A stretch of DNA of 64,000 nt from Marsupella aquatica (lineage: Eukaryota > Plantae > Marchantiophyta). Under the pieces are notes generated by a model that was not told the DNA's origin, ran no database searches, and was given only the letters and a program-made list of their open reading frames with translations. Below, one piece after another: positions 50,300 to 63,802 of the stretch. How positions within the stretch are numbered: the first letter of the stretch is position 1; the number at the start of each line of letters is the position of its first letter. The stretch covers positions 1,984,001-2,048,000 of the forward strand of contig OZ316896.1 of assembly GCA_973895155.1 (NCBI GenBank). Direction: 5' to 3'. The position numbers and the translations under genes are program-made.

Positions 50300-53200
50300 G
50301 TTCAAATGACGCAAAACGTCCGTTCAAATGACCCAAAACGTACACCCTTCTTAACCCTAAAATCCTTACTTCACACAAGAAGTGAAGTCCCCCCCCCCCC
50401 CTAAGGCCCTAGGGAAGGCTTGGTTAAATTTAAATTCAAGCTCCCCCAAAAGGCACTTTCCTTGAAAACAAAACGGTTAAGAATGTTAAGGACCAATGTT
50501 ATATATAAAAAAGGACGCCCATGATATAAAAGGTCCATTTGGACCAAGGGGAAACCTATTTGGACCCTAAACCCATAACCCACCCCTCATTTAAACAAAT
50601 TAATCCTTCATGGGAGGTGAGGATGTTGTGCATTACACTAGTGTAATTAACTATGCAATGGCCATGTGTTTTGGGTGATAGGTTATGTCCGCAGTCATAT
50701 ATGCATGCATCAATGACCTCCAATATGACAAGATTAATGGCTTCCAATATGACCGCATGAATGACCCTAAACTTTTAGACTCAATGAGCTCCCTTGTAAC
50801 TCCAAAGAGAACCCCCCCAATATGCTTTGAAATGACCACATTTCCTGTCATTTGGTACTTTTGACCTCTAGTATGACAGCCAAGATGACCCTAATTTGAG
50901 GTGTTTGAATTAATGACACACCATTGTTCCAAAATGACCCAATGAAGATTACACTACCTCTAGGAGTGCCCCTTTACAATTCCTTTGCAATTTAATAGAA
51001 AATACCCTAACTCCAAATATTGGCAAAAACATGACATACATATATAGAAGGAAGATAGCCTTCCACTAGTATTGCACTATATACCTCTTGGAGAGACAAA
51101 AACAATATTTCTTTGCCTTTGGATGTGATGGTATACACCCATGGTTGCACTTTTGGCAAATCATTCCAAAGTCGTACGACTTGGGAGTGATTTCCCCAAA
51201 GATGCATCATGCCTCAAGTAAACGCAAAAACATATGTCCAAAGTGTTTATGTCGCAACTAGTGGTTGGACAATGATGAGTATAGTGTCCCGCACCCAGTG
51301 GAGAGGTTCTCACCTCTATGTGGGGCCCCATGGCACTCTAGGGCCCACCACCAGCCCCTAGCCCCAAACTAGTCATTTGTGCCTTTCCTTAATGACTGCA
51401 TGAGGGACCCCTCAAATGACCACAAATCCAGTCATTAGACTGATATGACTGCCCATATGACAGTTTTAATGACCCTACTTTTAGTCATTGGCATTTATGA
51501 CGGGCCATTGCTCACATATGACCCAATAAAGGCCCTAGTACCTCTAACTAGAGCCAACTTTAGATCCTTTGCAAGATTGGAATATTCCTCTTCCCTAATC
51601 CCGCACCCACACCATACTGAGAAGCACAACTCCCCTGCCCATTCCATTGGTGCAGCACTACCTCTTGGGGAACCAAAAAATAGGTTTTATTTGCCTTTGG
51701 ATGTGATGGTATACATCCATGGGAGTGATTTCCCCAAAGGTGCATCATGCCTCAAGTAAACGCAAAAACATGTGTCCAAAGTGTTTATGTTGCAACTAGT
51801 GGTTGGACAATGATGAGTATAGTGTCCCGCACCTAGTTGAGGGGTTCTCACCTCTATGTGGGGCCCCATGGCACTCTAGGGCCCACATCCAGCCCCTAGC
51901 CCCAAACTGTCATTTGTGCTTGTGTTTAATGACTGCATGAGGGATCACACAAATGACCACAAAGCCAGTCATTAGACTGATATGACTCTCTATATGACAG
52001 TTTTAATGACCCTACTTGTAGTCATTGGTATTTGTGATGCAAATGTTTTTAGAAATGACCCAATAAAGATTACACTAGCTCCTTGAATGCCCCATCACTC
52101 TTTATTTGCAAATTAAATTATCCCCCATCCAAACACTTGCAGCAACATGACACAATTACAACAAAGGATGACAACCTTCCATTGGTATTGCCCTACTTCT
52201 TCGAGAGACAGAAAGATTTCATTTGCCTTTGGATACGATAGTATGCGCTCATCTATATATGGTGACACTTCTAGAAAATCACTCCAAAGGTGTATGACTT
52301 GGGAGTGATTTCCCCAAAGCTAGGTGCATCATGTTTAAAGTAAATGCAAGACATGTGATCAAATTGCTAATGCTGCAACAAGTGGGAGGACAATGATGAG
52401 TATTGTGTCCCGCACTTAGTGGAAGGGTTATCAACTATATCAATGACTCTACAATTATGACCGGTGTCTAGAATGACTATTGAGTATTTTAATCTTCATA
52501 TATCTTGGGTTCTTTAATGACTCTATAAGTAGTCATTTATGCAATAAGTCCATAATGACTGTATGTTATTGTAAACATTGATATATCATGATTTTTAGAT
52601 TGACCCTATATTTAGTCATTTATGCGACAAGTCCATAATGACAGTATGTTGTTGTAAACATCGATATATCCTAATTTCAAGATTGACTCTGGAGTTAGTC
52701 ATTTATGAGAGAAGTCCATAATGACGGAATGTTCTTGTAAACACTGATATGTCATTATTTCAAGATTGACCCTAGAGTTAGTCATTTATGAGAGAACTCC
52801 ATAATGACGGTATGTTCTTGTAAACATTGATATGTCCTAATTTCAAGATTGACCCTAGAGTTAGTCATTTATGAGAGAACTCCATAATGACGGTATGTTC
52901 TTGTAAACATTGATATGTCCTAATTTCAAGATTGACCCTAGAGTTAGTCATTTATGGCAGAAGTCCATAATGACAATATGTTGTTGTAAACACTGATATA
53001 TTCTCATTTTCAGATTGACCCTAAATTTTGTCATTTAACACCGTTGGTTAAAATGACGATAATACATTTTTTGTCATTTATCACCGTTGTCCAAAATGAT
53101 CCAAATAGATTTTTGGTCATTTCAGTCATTGTCCAGAGTGACTATAATGTTGCTAAACACTGATTAATCATTGTTGTTATTAATTGTGTCATTTAAGACA

Positions 53201-53425
53201 TGTGTCTAAATTGACCATTTAGGGAAATTGGGTCATTTTGGTCGCATCAGTCATTATAGACATTATACAAAATGACCAAAAAATTAACATTTTGTCATTT
53301 CAGTCTATTGGTCATTGTGGACAATCATTCCCCTGTCATTCTTTTTGTGTCATTAAAACTTTTGGTCATTTATTCATCTCTGTCATTGGGTGATTGGTCA
53401 TAAAGGGCCCTGTTTTCTTCTAGTG
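50300..53425. repeat. Right subterminal region of B: ~3 units of ~540-580 bp (51000-52440) plus ATGAC motifs
   Basis: gggagtgatttccccaaag recurs at ~51183, 51721 and 52301. Confidence 0.88.
52515..53040. repeat. 83-bp tandem array (~6 copies)
   Basis: gattgac at 52598, 52681, 52764, 52847, 52930 and 53013, an exact 83-bp period. Confidence 0.95.
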
Positions 53426-53614
53426 ATACACAATAATTCTTTTACATAACGACATTCGTACTTCATCGCCTCTTTTGTTAACAATATTTTTTCCACAACT
53501 ACATCTTTTGTGCATATGATATTTAGCACAACAATATTTTTATGCAATGACATCTTTTGCACAACAATTTTTTTGGTGCAATGCAAGGAGAATGAGCTCG
53601 CCCAATTCATTTGC

Positions 53615-53975
53615 ATTGCCTTGACATCTTTGTCTCTCCTTAGTTGAAATTTTTTCCTCGCCTTGATATCTTTTCTCATCTCAAAATCGTTTCCTCCCTC
53701 AACATGATTTCCTCACCTTGACTTTGCCTTCACATCTTTTCCTTGCCTTGAAATCTTTTGTGCAATGCTCGCCTACATTGCTTTGTACATATCACCTCGA
53801 CATTGTTTTCTCCCTTCAACATTTTGTCCTCACCTTGACATCTTTTTCTCACATCAACATCGTTTTATCACCTTGACATCTTTGTATCACCTTGACATCT
53901 TTGTATCACCTCGACATCTTATTATCACCTCGACATCTTTGTATCACTCGACATCTTTCTATCATTGACATCTTT
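53615..53975. repeat. Degenerate ~19-21-bp tandem repeat outside B
   Basis: Recurring cacct(t/c)gacatcttt units. Confidence 0.75.
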
Positions 53976-56634
53976 CGTGCAATGCACTGGTATTGGGCTA
54001 GTGTAAACATAAATCATGACAAATGGCATACATGCTTATTATTTGACATATATCATGGTCATGAATTTTCCATCTAGAGGTTTCACTCTAGTAACCTAGG
54101 CCCCAAATCTAGCTTGTAGTTCATATTTTATAAATAAGATTCAATGCAAGAATTTAAATAAATGTGGGCCTAATATACAATACAATTCCTGTAAGTTTTT
54201 ATTGCTCAAATGGTACTATTTGTAATAGCCACATAAAATGATCTCAATCATGCAATATACTAGTTTATACAATGACTAGCCCCACACTCATGCATTGCAC
54301 ATACCATGTCATGTTGTCATTATAGCTACACCCTTCTAACACTCTGCTATTTTAACTTATTGAAAATGATGTAAACATGATCTTATTATCATATCTTATT
54401 TTGAGTTTATTAAAGTAATCATTTGAATTAAAGTACAGAACGAGCAGTCACACCCTTTCAGCTCGATCTAAATAGATCATTCAATGTTAATATTAACTAA
54501 ATCATAGCTATAGTGTGCGAATAAGTGCATTGTGGCAGCGAATTAATCTGATACAGATCAACTGGAGCTTGGCATCCATGAAACATCTCAATCAAATAGG
54601 ATATATTAAATATGACTGACTCAGATACTTAGCATGTACACTGACTCCATGATTGCCTGTTTGTTCACTAGCTAGACCAAAATTAAATAATCTTACTAGG
54701 AAATAATTTGATCATTCAGTGTCCCCCGCTCTCATTTTCGTATCAATGATACGAAAATCTTACACATCTTAGGATTCTAGGAATCTTTAGATAAGTAATC
54801 TATAAATTATCACGAGATGCAATTAGCCCACAATTTCTCTTCCATCAATCCCTAGCCTGCAGGTGAAGTGATCGATGCCAACTAGATCACAGTTTCGTTG
54901 TTCTTTTGCTAAGTGTTTACTACGATTGGATGCATGTCCCCGTGCAGGTCCAGAGTATTAATTGAAACCTAAGATACTAACAACTCGCAACGACTGGTCT
55001 TCCAATATCTCATCATCTAGATGATATCTCCCATATGGTTGGATTGAAGAAACAAATGAATGCATGAAAAGATGCTCATGTGACCCATGCAACTACCTAG
55101 GGGCAAATTAAAAGACTACTAGCTATAAGTACTAGTGTTTACTACAATACCTGAAAACAAGAATAAAGGCAGACCAGGACCCACGTCAACTAGAACATTG
55201 CATGACATGATCGATTGTCCATGAAAGTCAGTCAGAGGTATCTAATGAAGCTACCATAATAATAACAATTTATTCTCATGAGCCAGCAGTAAGATCATAT
55301 ATAGTCCATGTGACTTAGACAAACATGGCTCCAGGCAGGTATTAGCAATGTAATATAGAATTTCACATAGTTATCATGATATGAAATTTAAAAGTGCCCT
55401 AACCTGTTTCACCCGATAATTTTCTGAATCAAGTTGAATTTACTATTGCCTTTAGATGGCTCAAGTATTGTAAGGAGACCCAGTGCAGGAGACATCAGGC
55501 AAAAAATGCAGATGACTTAAGGCAGGAGATAGGGGCGTGAACAGCGCGGCTTATAAGTTTTCATCCCGTTATACTTAAGAGGTCGTTTGTCAATCCTATT
55601 ACCTCTGGGCTCTTGCTTTCTGGGTGCTGAGTGCAAATTAAATGAGGTAGACCTGAAACATAATTACTACACGGGAACCATGCGATGACCATATATCCTT
55701 TTACAGGATGCAGTAGCATTTGTCTTCAGCCCACGGCAACCATTAATTGGGACTACTCATACCAGGAAAGTATTGTCTATCATCTGGAAATTAAGGTACG
55801 TATGATCTTATGGCCCTCAATCTTTACAGGTGGTATCGCCGGATCGACTTCACATACACCACAGGCTCGATCATTCCGTCCGGCTTTTGAAATGCCAATT
55901 TCATTTATGAATTTTCTAGCAAAGCTACCTTTTGTACATATATGTCGAGTCAGTTCTAACTCTGGAAAATTGAAAGTGAACCGTACGTTGCTAATCTTGT
56001 GTTGTACATTGTGATTCTAACATTTGTGTTACTTATCTAACCCTTATTTGAAGCACATGTGCCTGAACAGCTTCCTTTCCATGTCAAATATTGTACAGTC
56101 CAGAAAGATACTGTAAGTACCCAATTAATCATGCATTTACCCAAATATGTTAAACTGAAACAAAACCAGATTGATCACTTACAAAAATTATCGTGATATC
56201 TTGAGCATCAACCAAAATATGTGATGGATATTTAATACAACTGGCTTTGTAAGTCAGAGAGTTCCAGCTTGAGAATGAAAGTTATTTACTCGAGTAAGAA
56301 CGTACTCTCTTCACAGGCGGACGGTGGAAAATAGTTGGCAATGATAAAGAAGAAACCCACTACGCATAAGGCCAACTATCGATTCTGGTAATCTGCATAC
56401 GTATCTACTGTACATACATTGCCCATTTGGTTGAAGTGATCGATGTATACATACTATTTAGGTCAATAATAACCCACATGAGTATTATCCATATGATCCT
56501 TAAGTCCACTTTGCAAACTGGCCTTGCAAAAATACTTTTAGTCTTGTATCCGGCCGGCTTCTATACATCTTTGTTGTATATGTGCAAAAGGCGTGTACGT
56601 TTCCAATGATTTGGCCTTTTGCTAACTCATTTTT

Positions 56635-57504
56635 TTGACTCATCACGGTATAATTTATAGTGGAGCAGACAACGATTCAGTAGAAATCCCTCGTGCCAGA
56701 AGAAAAGAAGACCCTCGTCAACCACCAGATGACCACATACCTACAAACTATCTGGTTACCCGCGAAGATATATCTACACGACCAATTAATTCTGGACGAG
56801 AATCACCGTCTATCCCCAAGATTACAGCTAGTGAGGCTCATGCTTCTGAATGGGACATTGATTTGGACAAACCAACACATAATGAGTCTGAAACCGGTCA
56901 AGACATCTTTAACTATACTTTTTATGAAGGAGATTACGTATGTTTAACCCTCAAGGAGCTTGAGGTTGCAAGGGGAACAGTGTACTGTGTCCAACCTGAC
57001 AAAGCAATTAACCCAGGTGAACATTTGGGAAATAATCGCATTGCTGTGAAGCTTACAAAGGTTTTCGAGAAGACAATAAAGCTCCCATATCCTGCCCCTA
57101 GTGCTCGTACTGTTGAAGAGGCTTTTATAAATTCTCAGCCTATCATGTGGGACAATTTCCGCGTCTTCCATGCTTATCATAACAGCCCTCTTGGTCAAGA
57201 CGTGTCGCTTGGGGATGGTGTGGGTACAAGTTCTGGTCATCCCGTCACTAGCACGTTGGGACCAAGTGCTCGCACTTCAGGTGGAACCAACACTAAAGCT
57301 GGTTCTAAAGAGGAAAATTATGACGTTGAGGAAAATGTGTCTAAAGCGGGGTCTGAAGAGAGAGAGGGTGATCTTGAAGAAGAATCTGACTATGAGCTGT
57401 TTGAAGAAACTGAATGTACCGATGATGACGACGAGGATAACCAAGAAGACATTGAAGACGAAGCTGGTCCGTTACACACACTCCAACCCAATACCATGAA
57501 TTAA
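56635..57504 (+). CDS. Exon with a Tnp1/En/Spm-like domain and acidic tail; part of a degraded multi-exon, probably TE, gene (~55200-59560)
   Basis: FYEGDYVCL..EVARGTV..HLGNNRIAVKLTKVF..LPYP..TVEEA..IMWD resembles the TnpA C-terminal domains of A and B; flanking pieces contain stops. Confidence 0.55.
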   Translation: MTHHGIIYSGADNDSVEIPRARRKEDPRQPPDDHIPTNYLVTREDISTRPINSGRESPSIPKITASEAHASEWDIDLDKPTHNESETGQDIFNYTFYEGDYVCLTLKELEVARGTVYCVQPDKAINPGEHLGNNRIAVKLTKVFEKTIKLPYPAPSARTVEEAFINSQPIMWDNFRVFHAYHNSPLGQDVSLGDGVGTSSGHPVTSTLGPSARTSGGTNTKAGSKEENYDVEENVSKAGSEEREGDLEEESDYELFEETECTDDDDEDNQEDIEDEAGPLHTLQPNTMN

Positions 57505-60500
57505 TTATCTTTAAGGCAAGTTCCTAGGATTGATTTCGCTTGTCACGGGAAAATTCATGATCTAACTATTCAAGAATTGATAAGCCTTTTCAGAAAAATT
57601 GGTATGACAAACTTTTCTACAGTAGCTGTCTTAACGTGGTCCATTCTAGAGGATACCCTCACTGGAGAAGATAAACTTTGGGTCTACTCCTAAATTTTCT
57701 GTGAACCCACTGCAAGACAATATTATCAGTTCTCTCTCACATAGACCAAGCTTGACATTCAGGAGAATCAGCTGTAGAGTACAATATAATAGACTCCGGC
57801 CGGACCCTTAGTTTCTCACACTGTAAGCTAGATGCAAAATCTTCCCTATTAATAAAAAGACGTACAGATTAAAGATAAATTTGGGAGGTACCCTTGCGAA
57901 CTGACTTTGGACGTACTTGTAACATGTCACTCGCTTTCAATGAGAAGATGGAGCTAGAGACTTGCCACGAGAGAGAAAAACTCTACCTCCACAAGGAGCT
58001 TATGAGAGTTTCAGCATGACCCAAAAAGCAACCTCCAGTCAAAATTGGTTTGAAAGTAAAAAAGATAACATCAGGGGTAAAATGCTAGGACCAAATTATG
58101 CATACCCACTGGATCCAGCGATTGAAAGGGAGCTCGCATTTATCGTCAGAACTTTCTGGGTATGTCATGATTGTTCAAAAATATGGGGAATGTCTATCAT
58201 ATTCAATGATAATTGATCGAATAAGCACCAATTAAGACCATTGTTTCATTGATGTTAGCACCTTTGACCTTACGCACTGGTGAAGAAGGAAAGCTTTGGA
58301 AGTTTGACTCAAAGACATCTATGGATAGTGCAAGCTCATTGCTGCATGGAAGTTTTTCCTCATTTGCTTGTTTGGTTCAGATACTTGTATAAGAAAAAGA
58401 TTCGATGATAAATATATGAGGGAGTACTTTTAATCGACGAAATAATTGAGATAAAACTACTATATAATTCATTTCTCATGAATTTGTTTTGTAAAGGGAA
58501 ACCAGCCTTGAAAGTCATCAACGTATATATAGCTTGGGTCAGTTCCAATCAAGGCAACGAAAAATGTACGATAATCTGAGATTCAGAGAGGAGTCCCTCA
58601 CCTAGTTTCAGGTTTAACATCTGATAACGTGGGCCTTTTCATACCCTTGCGGTTTCTCTGTGCAGGAATATTGTACTCACAATAAAATGCACGAATGTTC
58701 ATATGAGCATTGTAGTATGTTACTTGGCTCGACACAATGCCCCACTTTCAAAAAGTTCATAAAGGACAGTGACACAAGGAATGCAAGGAACATGATAAAA
58801 CTTGGACCAGACGAGGCACGAGCATTGTTCCTAGTGGTAAGAAAACCAAGTATTACTTGCACTTTAATTTCTTGTGGCTTGTCCCGAGGAAAACTTGCTA
58901 TATGTGCAAAGGATATGTATAATACTGGGAAGGGTTTACACGGTGCCATTTTTGGAAACGACAAGTCGCTGGTGAGCGTAATTAATTAGCTCTAATAAAT
59001 ATAGTGCTTAAAACCTTATCAATGCTGCAGAAGAATCACAATGCGAATTCTTACCTTGTCGAATACTAATTAAGTAATACCAGTGAGTATGTTCCTTCTT
59101 TCCCTTTGGGGCTTGATTTACTCAGTAATATTACCACTTAAATATTAAGGAAAACAACTCTAAGTATCAGCTCGTGTCGATGATATTCAAGCCCCTGATC
59201 GAACATATCACATCTAATGCAACATATCCACGTACCCTTAGCCGGAAAAACACCTACTGAGAGCTAGCTTAAAGAAAGGACAATACAGGAGCCTTTTCTC
59301 CACCATTGATGAAGAGGAACCTTTCTGCTTTTCCCTCTTCCGTCATCACGGTTGCGAAAACTTCTAAGTACTATAGTGTGCTCACTTATATGTATGCTTT
59401 CTGTCAGGAACTAACTCAAAAGATCAACACCTTTCTCGATGAAAACAACTACAAAGAATGGTCGCTTCCGGATCATGCAGAGAAATATCTTCTGTAAGAA
59501 TCCAAAGGCTCTTGCCGCCTTAATTACCTTCGTCATGTATTGTGGACCTATATATATATGTCAGTGAGAAGATTTTGAAAATGTAAAGGACGCTAGCTAT
59601 CACGTGAACCCGTGATGTATAATGATGGCCACTAAACTTGGATCGAAGGATGTTTTGGCAGAGTGACCGGTGAGCGTTAGCGGATTATTAGATTCATTGA
59701 GAATTGTTTCTTCTGTAAGTGCTTGGGCACTTTCAGTAAATTTTCTTTGCAAGCTTCTCAAAGGTCTCTGGTGACTGGACAGTGATCAGATTTCTAAACG
59801 GAGAAGAGATCGCAGGCTTTCTCAAAAGAAGATCAAAAGTTTTGCAGCAATCACCGGATTGACGTTTGAGCAGGTCACAGCTGGTCCTTCATTTTGCTAT
59901 ATATTATTTCAGCCTAAAATTCAATTTTTCCAAAAGTTAAACGGACAATGGAATTTAACTAGACTGCTGGTCTTTATTTCACTGTCTCATCACGTTGTAC
60001 AATTTTCTCATCACATTGTACAACTTGTTTCGAGGGATTGTATATTTTTTAGATCTTTAATTTGGTTTCCCGGGGTACTTATTTATTTTCTTCCTAACCA
60101 TCTTGAGCGAAAAAGTTAAAAGTTTTTTCATTCAATTGCGCAAAGAACTTTAAAAATTTGGTTGAAAAAAATAGGGATATTTTAATACAACTTTGATACT
60201 TATAAAAACTGTAGTGTGTTTTCAATACCACATATAAGAATACTTTTAGAATTTGACATAAAATTAGGAGTAAAAAAATAAGAAAAATCTACTATATTCA
60301 CTTAAATTTTAGTATATTCATTACTTGAAAACTCAGTGTGTGATATAATACCTACTTGAAATGAGGCCCCCAAGCTTGGCTTATTCATGAAGATCTTGAC
60401 CTTTTGTATTTTTCATTAGGCATAAAGAAAATTCCGTCGAAACTTTACTCGAATGTCAAGTATGAAAATAGGACTTAAGCACTAAAAGACTTAACCTGAA

Positions 60501-62322
60501 AATATTTTGGGTTCAAACCTCTAATCGTCTAACTAAAGCCAACTCTGCGTGATTTCAACTTGAAATCTACTCTGTAGCTGTTTAGACCAAGTAGAAAAGG
60601 CCCAAGCAAAATTTACAATTTCTTATGAGACGCAGGTACGCAGCTATATCCAATCTTATGAAGATAACAGAAAAACAATATACCCTGCGAGGATTGGTGA
60701 AGAGTGGAAGAAAGGCAATGAAATTCTAATGTAAGTGAAGCCAGCCATGAATTTGCTTTCACGATACATTCAATAATTAACGGAAAGTAAACAAATGTAT
60801 TCCGGCACTCGCAAGCCCGCTCGCAAGCACTAAGAACAAGACTTCAGTCCGACTTCAAAGGTGGAATGTGTTCTTCGATGCATATGAAATGAAATTATAT
60901 ATAAGACCCATTTCGTGATTCATTGCGGAGGATACAGAACCTTCAGGATATCGAAAAGTAATTGCAAGGCAGATTACATTTATGTTAACATTAATTGAGC
61001 AACAAGATCCAAAGTAACAGTCACTTCAGTATTAAACAGCACTGAAGTCGAGATCTAATGTTGCAGTCAGTCAAGCTCCACAAAAATTCTGTGCCAAGGA
61101 CTTAGTTGACTAAAATGGTGAGTATGCAAGCAGGAAGTGGCAGACAGAAAACAAAGACCGTTATCCGACAAGTGAAGAAGTGGACACTCTGGCGGAAACG
61201 ACTAAAAGAACACCACTTCAGGTGCCTATCATTTTCGTCCATATACATTCCTCACACATTTTCAGGATTGATATGCTGTATTGAATCTACGTAGCTGCTC
61301 GAGCTAACATTACATCTTTCCTGATTCGACCCAGGTCAAGGAGTTTTTGAAGGCATTTCGGTTTAGGCACAGAAATGTCTATCAGATTAAACAAACACCT
61401 GTTGAAAGACTTCAAAAAGACAGACGAGCTGTCAGCGACTCTTCACAAATAATACTGTGGGTGCTTCCTTTATCCAATGAACTCCGGATCAAATTTAGTG
61501 GATGATTCTCCTAAATGATAGATATTTCGAGCAGATTAGCTACGAACTATAATCAGGTTACGAACTTCAGGTTAAAGCTGCACTTTTGGTACCACTAGTA
61601 TTCCTTCGGGAATTCTGTCATCTCTTCGTTGGAGTACATGAATAGTTCAATTCCAATTTCTCAGTTCTGTAGATAACACATTATATTAGTCATCTTCAGT
61701 AGTGTATCGTATCAGGATTCCCGCAACCTTCACGGGTTGTTTCCATCTTTACCAGCCGGTTGTACACTTGGGTTAGCCTTTTGGCTCTGCAAGGCACACT
61801 TTTGTTCTCGGAAGCCGTATTGGTCCCCACTAAAACTAAGCGTGTTCCAGATTCATTCACTCCAATCTTTTATGCTACTAGCCACTAGACATAATGTGTA
61901 TTTCCATTACCTAACATTTTTGCATTAATGGGCGTTTGTTTCTGAAATCGTGTGTCTTTCAAAATGTAGATACTCTATTTATTTTCTGAGCAATAAAGAA
62001 TTACTTTGGAGCTTTTTAACAAAAAATGAACACTTCGATTTTGTCACAAAGCTGGCAGTCAGAATTGTGTTCTCATAACAGAGAAAGGTTTGTTCGCATC
62101 TGCTTAAAAAATGTTAACATTACAGCCTGTTCTAATTAAAACACACTTGAAGGTTCGTTTGTTTAGTTTGCTTAAACCTGTGAATTAGTTTTATATTCAT
62201 TATTATGGCACAATGTTCCCCTCCACAAAATCCAGTCCCAAAACCCAACAGGGTGCCGCTACTAGTGTTTCGTTAGCTTTTTTGAGTCTGCAATAACTTG
62301 AGCATGTTTCACGTCTTTGCAG

Positions 62323-62918
62323 AGATTGGATGAAAAAGCACAGAGATTACCCTTTTGCAAGTCGGGAGGATTTTAAAGAGCTTATGGAGCTGACAGGGCT
62401 AAGTCGAAAAATTGTGAGTCCTTGCTGTAATTAGCCTAAATGTTCTTCCTTCGTGAAAAGCAATTTAGAACCAGCAGGCTCTTTGGGTCATCAGTTTTTT
62501 ACATTTTGAGAGTTGCTAATAGGCAGGACACAATCTCAAAGAGAAGTCTTTCGAAGTTGGAAGTATTTGTTTCAGTCGGAAAACCAGGCTGCTCAGATAG
62601 GTAGAAGTTTATCGAATCAATCAATACATCGAAAGGCTGAAAAATAATTGACGTGAAAGTTGAAACTCACCTTTCGCAAGGTTTTCACATAGCTAAGGTG
62701 TAACCAATTGCAGGTTGCTGGTAGGATGGAGAAAGAAAGGAAGAACCATCCTCAAAATTACCCAGAAGGGGCACTGGTATACGATCCATCAAGACGCAAG
62801 AAACAGAAGTTGGGCCAAATCGTACATCACGTTCCTGGCCAACAGGAACAGGGGGAGATTAATAAATCAGACCATAAGGTGAAGAGCGCAGAGGCTTCAT
62901 CTTCACAGAGGAAACACG
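62323..62918 (+). CDS. Divergent TALE-class (BELL/KNOX-like) homeobox, exons 62323-62413 and 62714-~62918, in a multi-exon gene (~60600-63500)
   Basis: Spliced product DWMKKHRDYPFASREDFKELMELTGLSRKI|VAGRMEKERK aligns without gaps to BELL-type WLFEHFLHPYPS..D..LLA..TGLSRNQ|VSNWFINAR; canonical tttgcAG / GTgagt / tgcAG sites. Confidence 0.6.
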
Positions 62919-63757
62919 GGTATGATTCACGTCAGCCCTTGGGGTGTCTTCTTCACCCATTTATAATTTGACAGACCCAATTTGGATAAAGTGGCCATTT
63001 GCCTTAGTCCTTCAAATATGGGAGAATCTTTTGAGGTTATATTCGATTATTACTAATGGAGGTCTACAGTTTCATTCAATCACAAAAGACATGCTCATTC
63101 GTTCCTTGTCTTGAACCTCACTAATAACTCGAATATCTCCCTTGCCACTGGATCATCCGATGAACTCATTGACCCTCACAATGGCGCCGTCTATATACTC
63201 CACATCTGAGGCAACTATACCACCTTAATCAGTAACGAAGAGCAAGTTCAAGATAAGATATCTACAGAAAAGGCTCGGTCGAGAAAGTCTGATAAACCAG
63301 CTCAACAAGAACTAGGCTCGATACCTCGTGAAGTTGATGACACAGCAGATACACGCATGAAATGGCAGACGAGACGACCCAGGTCTAAGAAGGATAATAG
63401 CAAAGGACTTGCTAAAGTTGCAAAAACCGTAGGGACAGGGGAATCTGAGAGACGTCTACAAAATGTAGGTTCAGACCCGGGTTCAGAAACCAAGTAAGTG
63501 CTAACCTTTTAATCTTGACATGTCTTGTGCTTATTAAAGTAGGACGTCTCGTGACACGTTGCTCCCGAATCATAAGTCAGGCGCCAGGTTTGCCGTGAGG
63601 TTTATTGGGTGTGCAAGAGATGCAGGTCCCGGGGCAGTTCCCATCAAGAGTCAGCAGCACTGCCGGCTGCACTACTTTTATTCGCAAGAATGTACTAATT
63701 CAATATTTTGAATCCATAATTCTGTCACGATAGTTCTTAATTCTAGTAGACTAAAAA

Positions 63758-63802
63758 CTGCCATTAAGCTATTAGTAGAACTGCCATTAAGCTATTAGTA
63801 GA
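63758..63802. repeat. 23-bp tandem duplication
   Basis: actgccattaagctattagtaga occurs twice. Confidence 0.85.

Larger units (their letters stand above)
31844..53425 (-). mobile_element. Full-length CACTA transposon B, ~21.6 kb including nested inserts; related to A
   Basis: TIRs: left CACTAGTAGAAAACAatgtattTTATGACC, reverse complement of right CACTAGAAGAAAACAgggccctTTATGACC. ATGAC arrays; same gene order as A. Flanks TGT/ATA give no TSD. Confidence 0.92.

Noticed and set aside
52515-53040. CRISPR-like regular array (also 7777-8005)
   Set aside because: Whole units repeat with no unique spacers, no cas genes, and the context is eukaryotic.
61593-62267. CACTAGTA...TACTAGTG pair as a mini-CACTA
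   Set aside because: Match is only 8 bp, with no TSD (tac/ttt) and no subterminal repeats.
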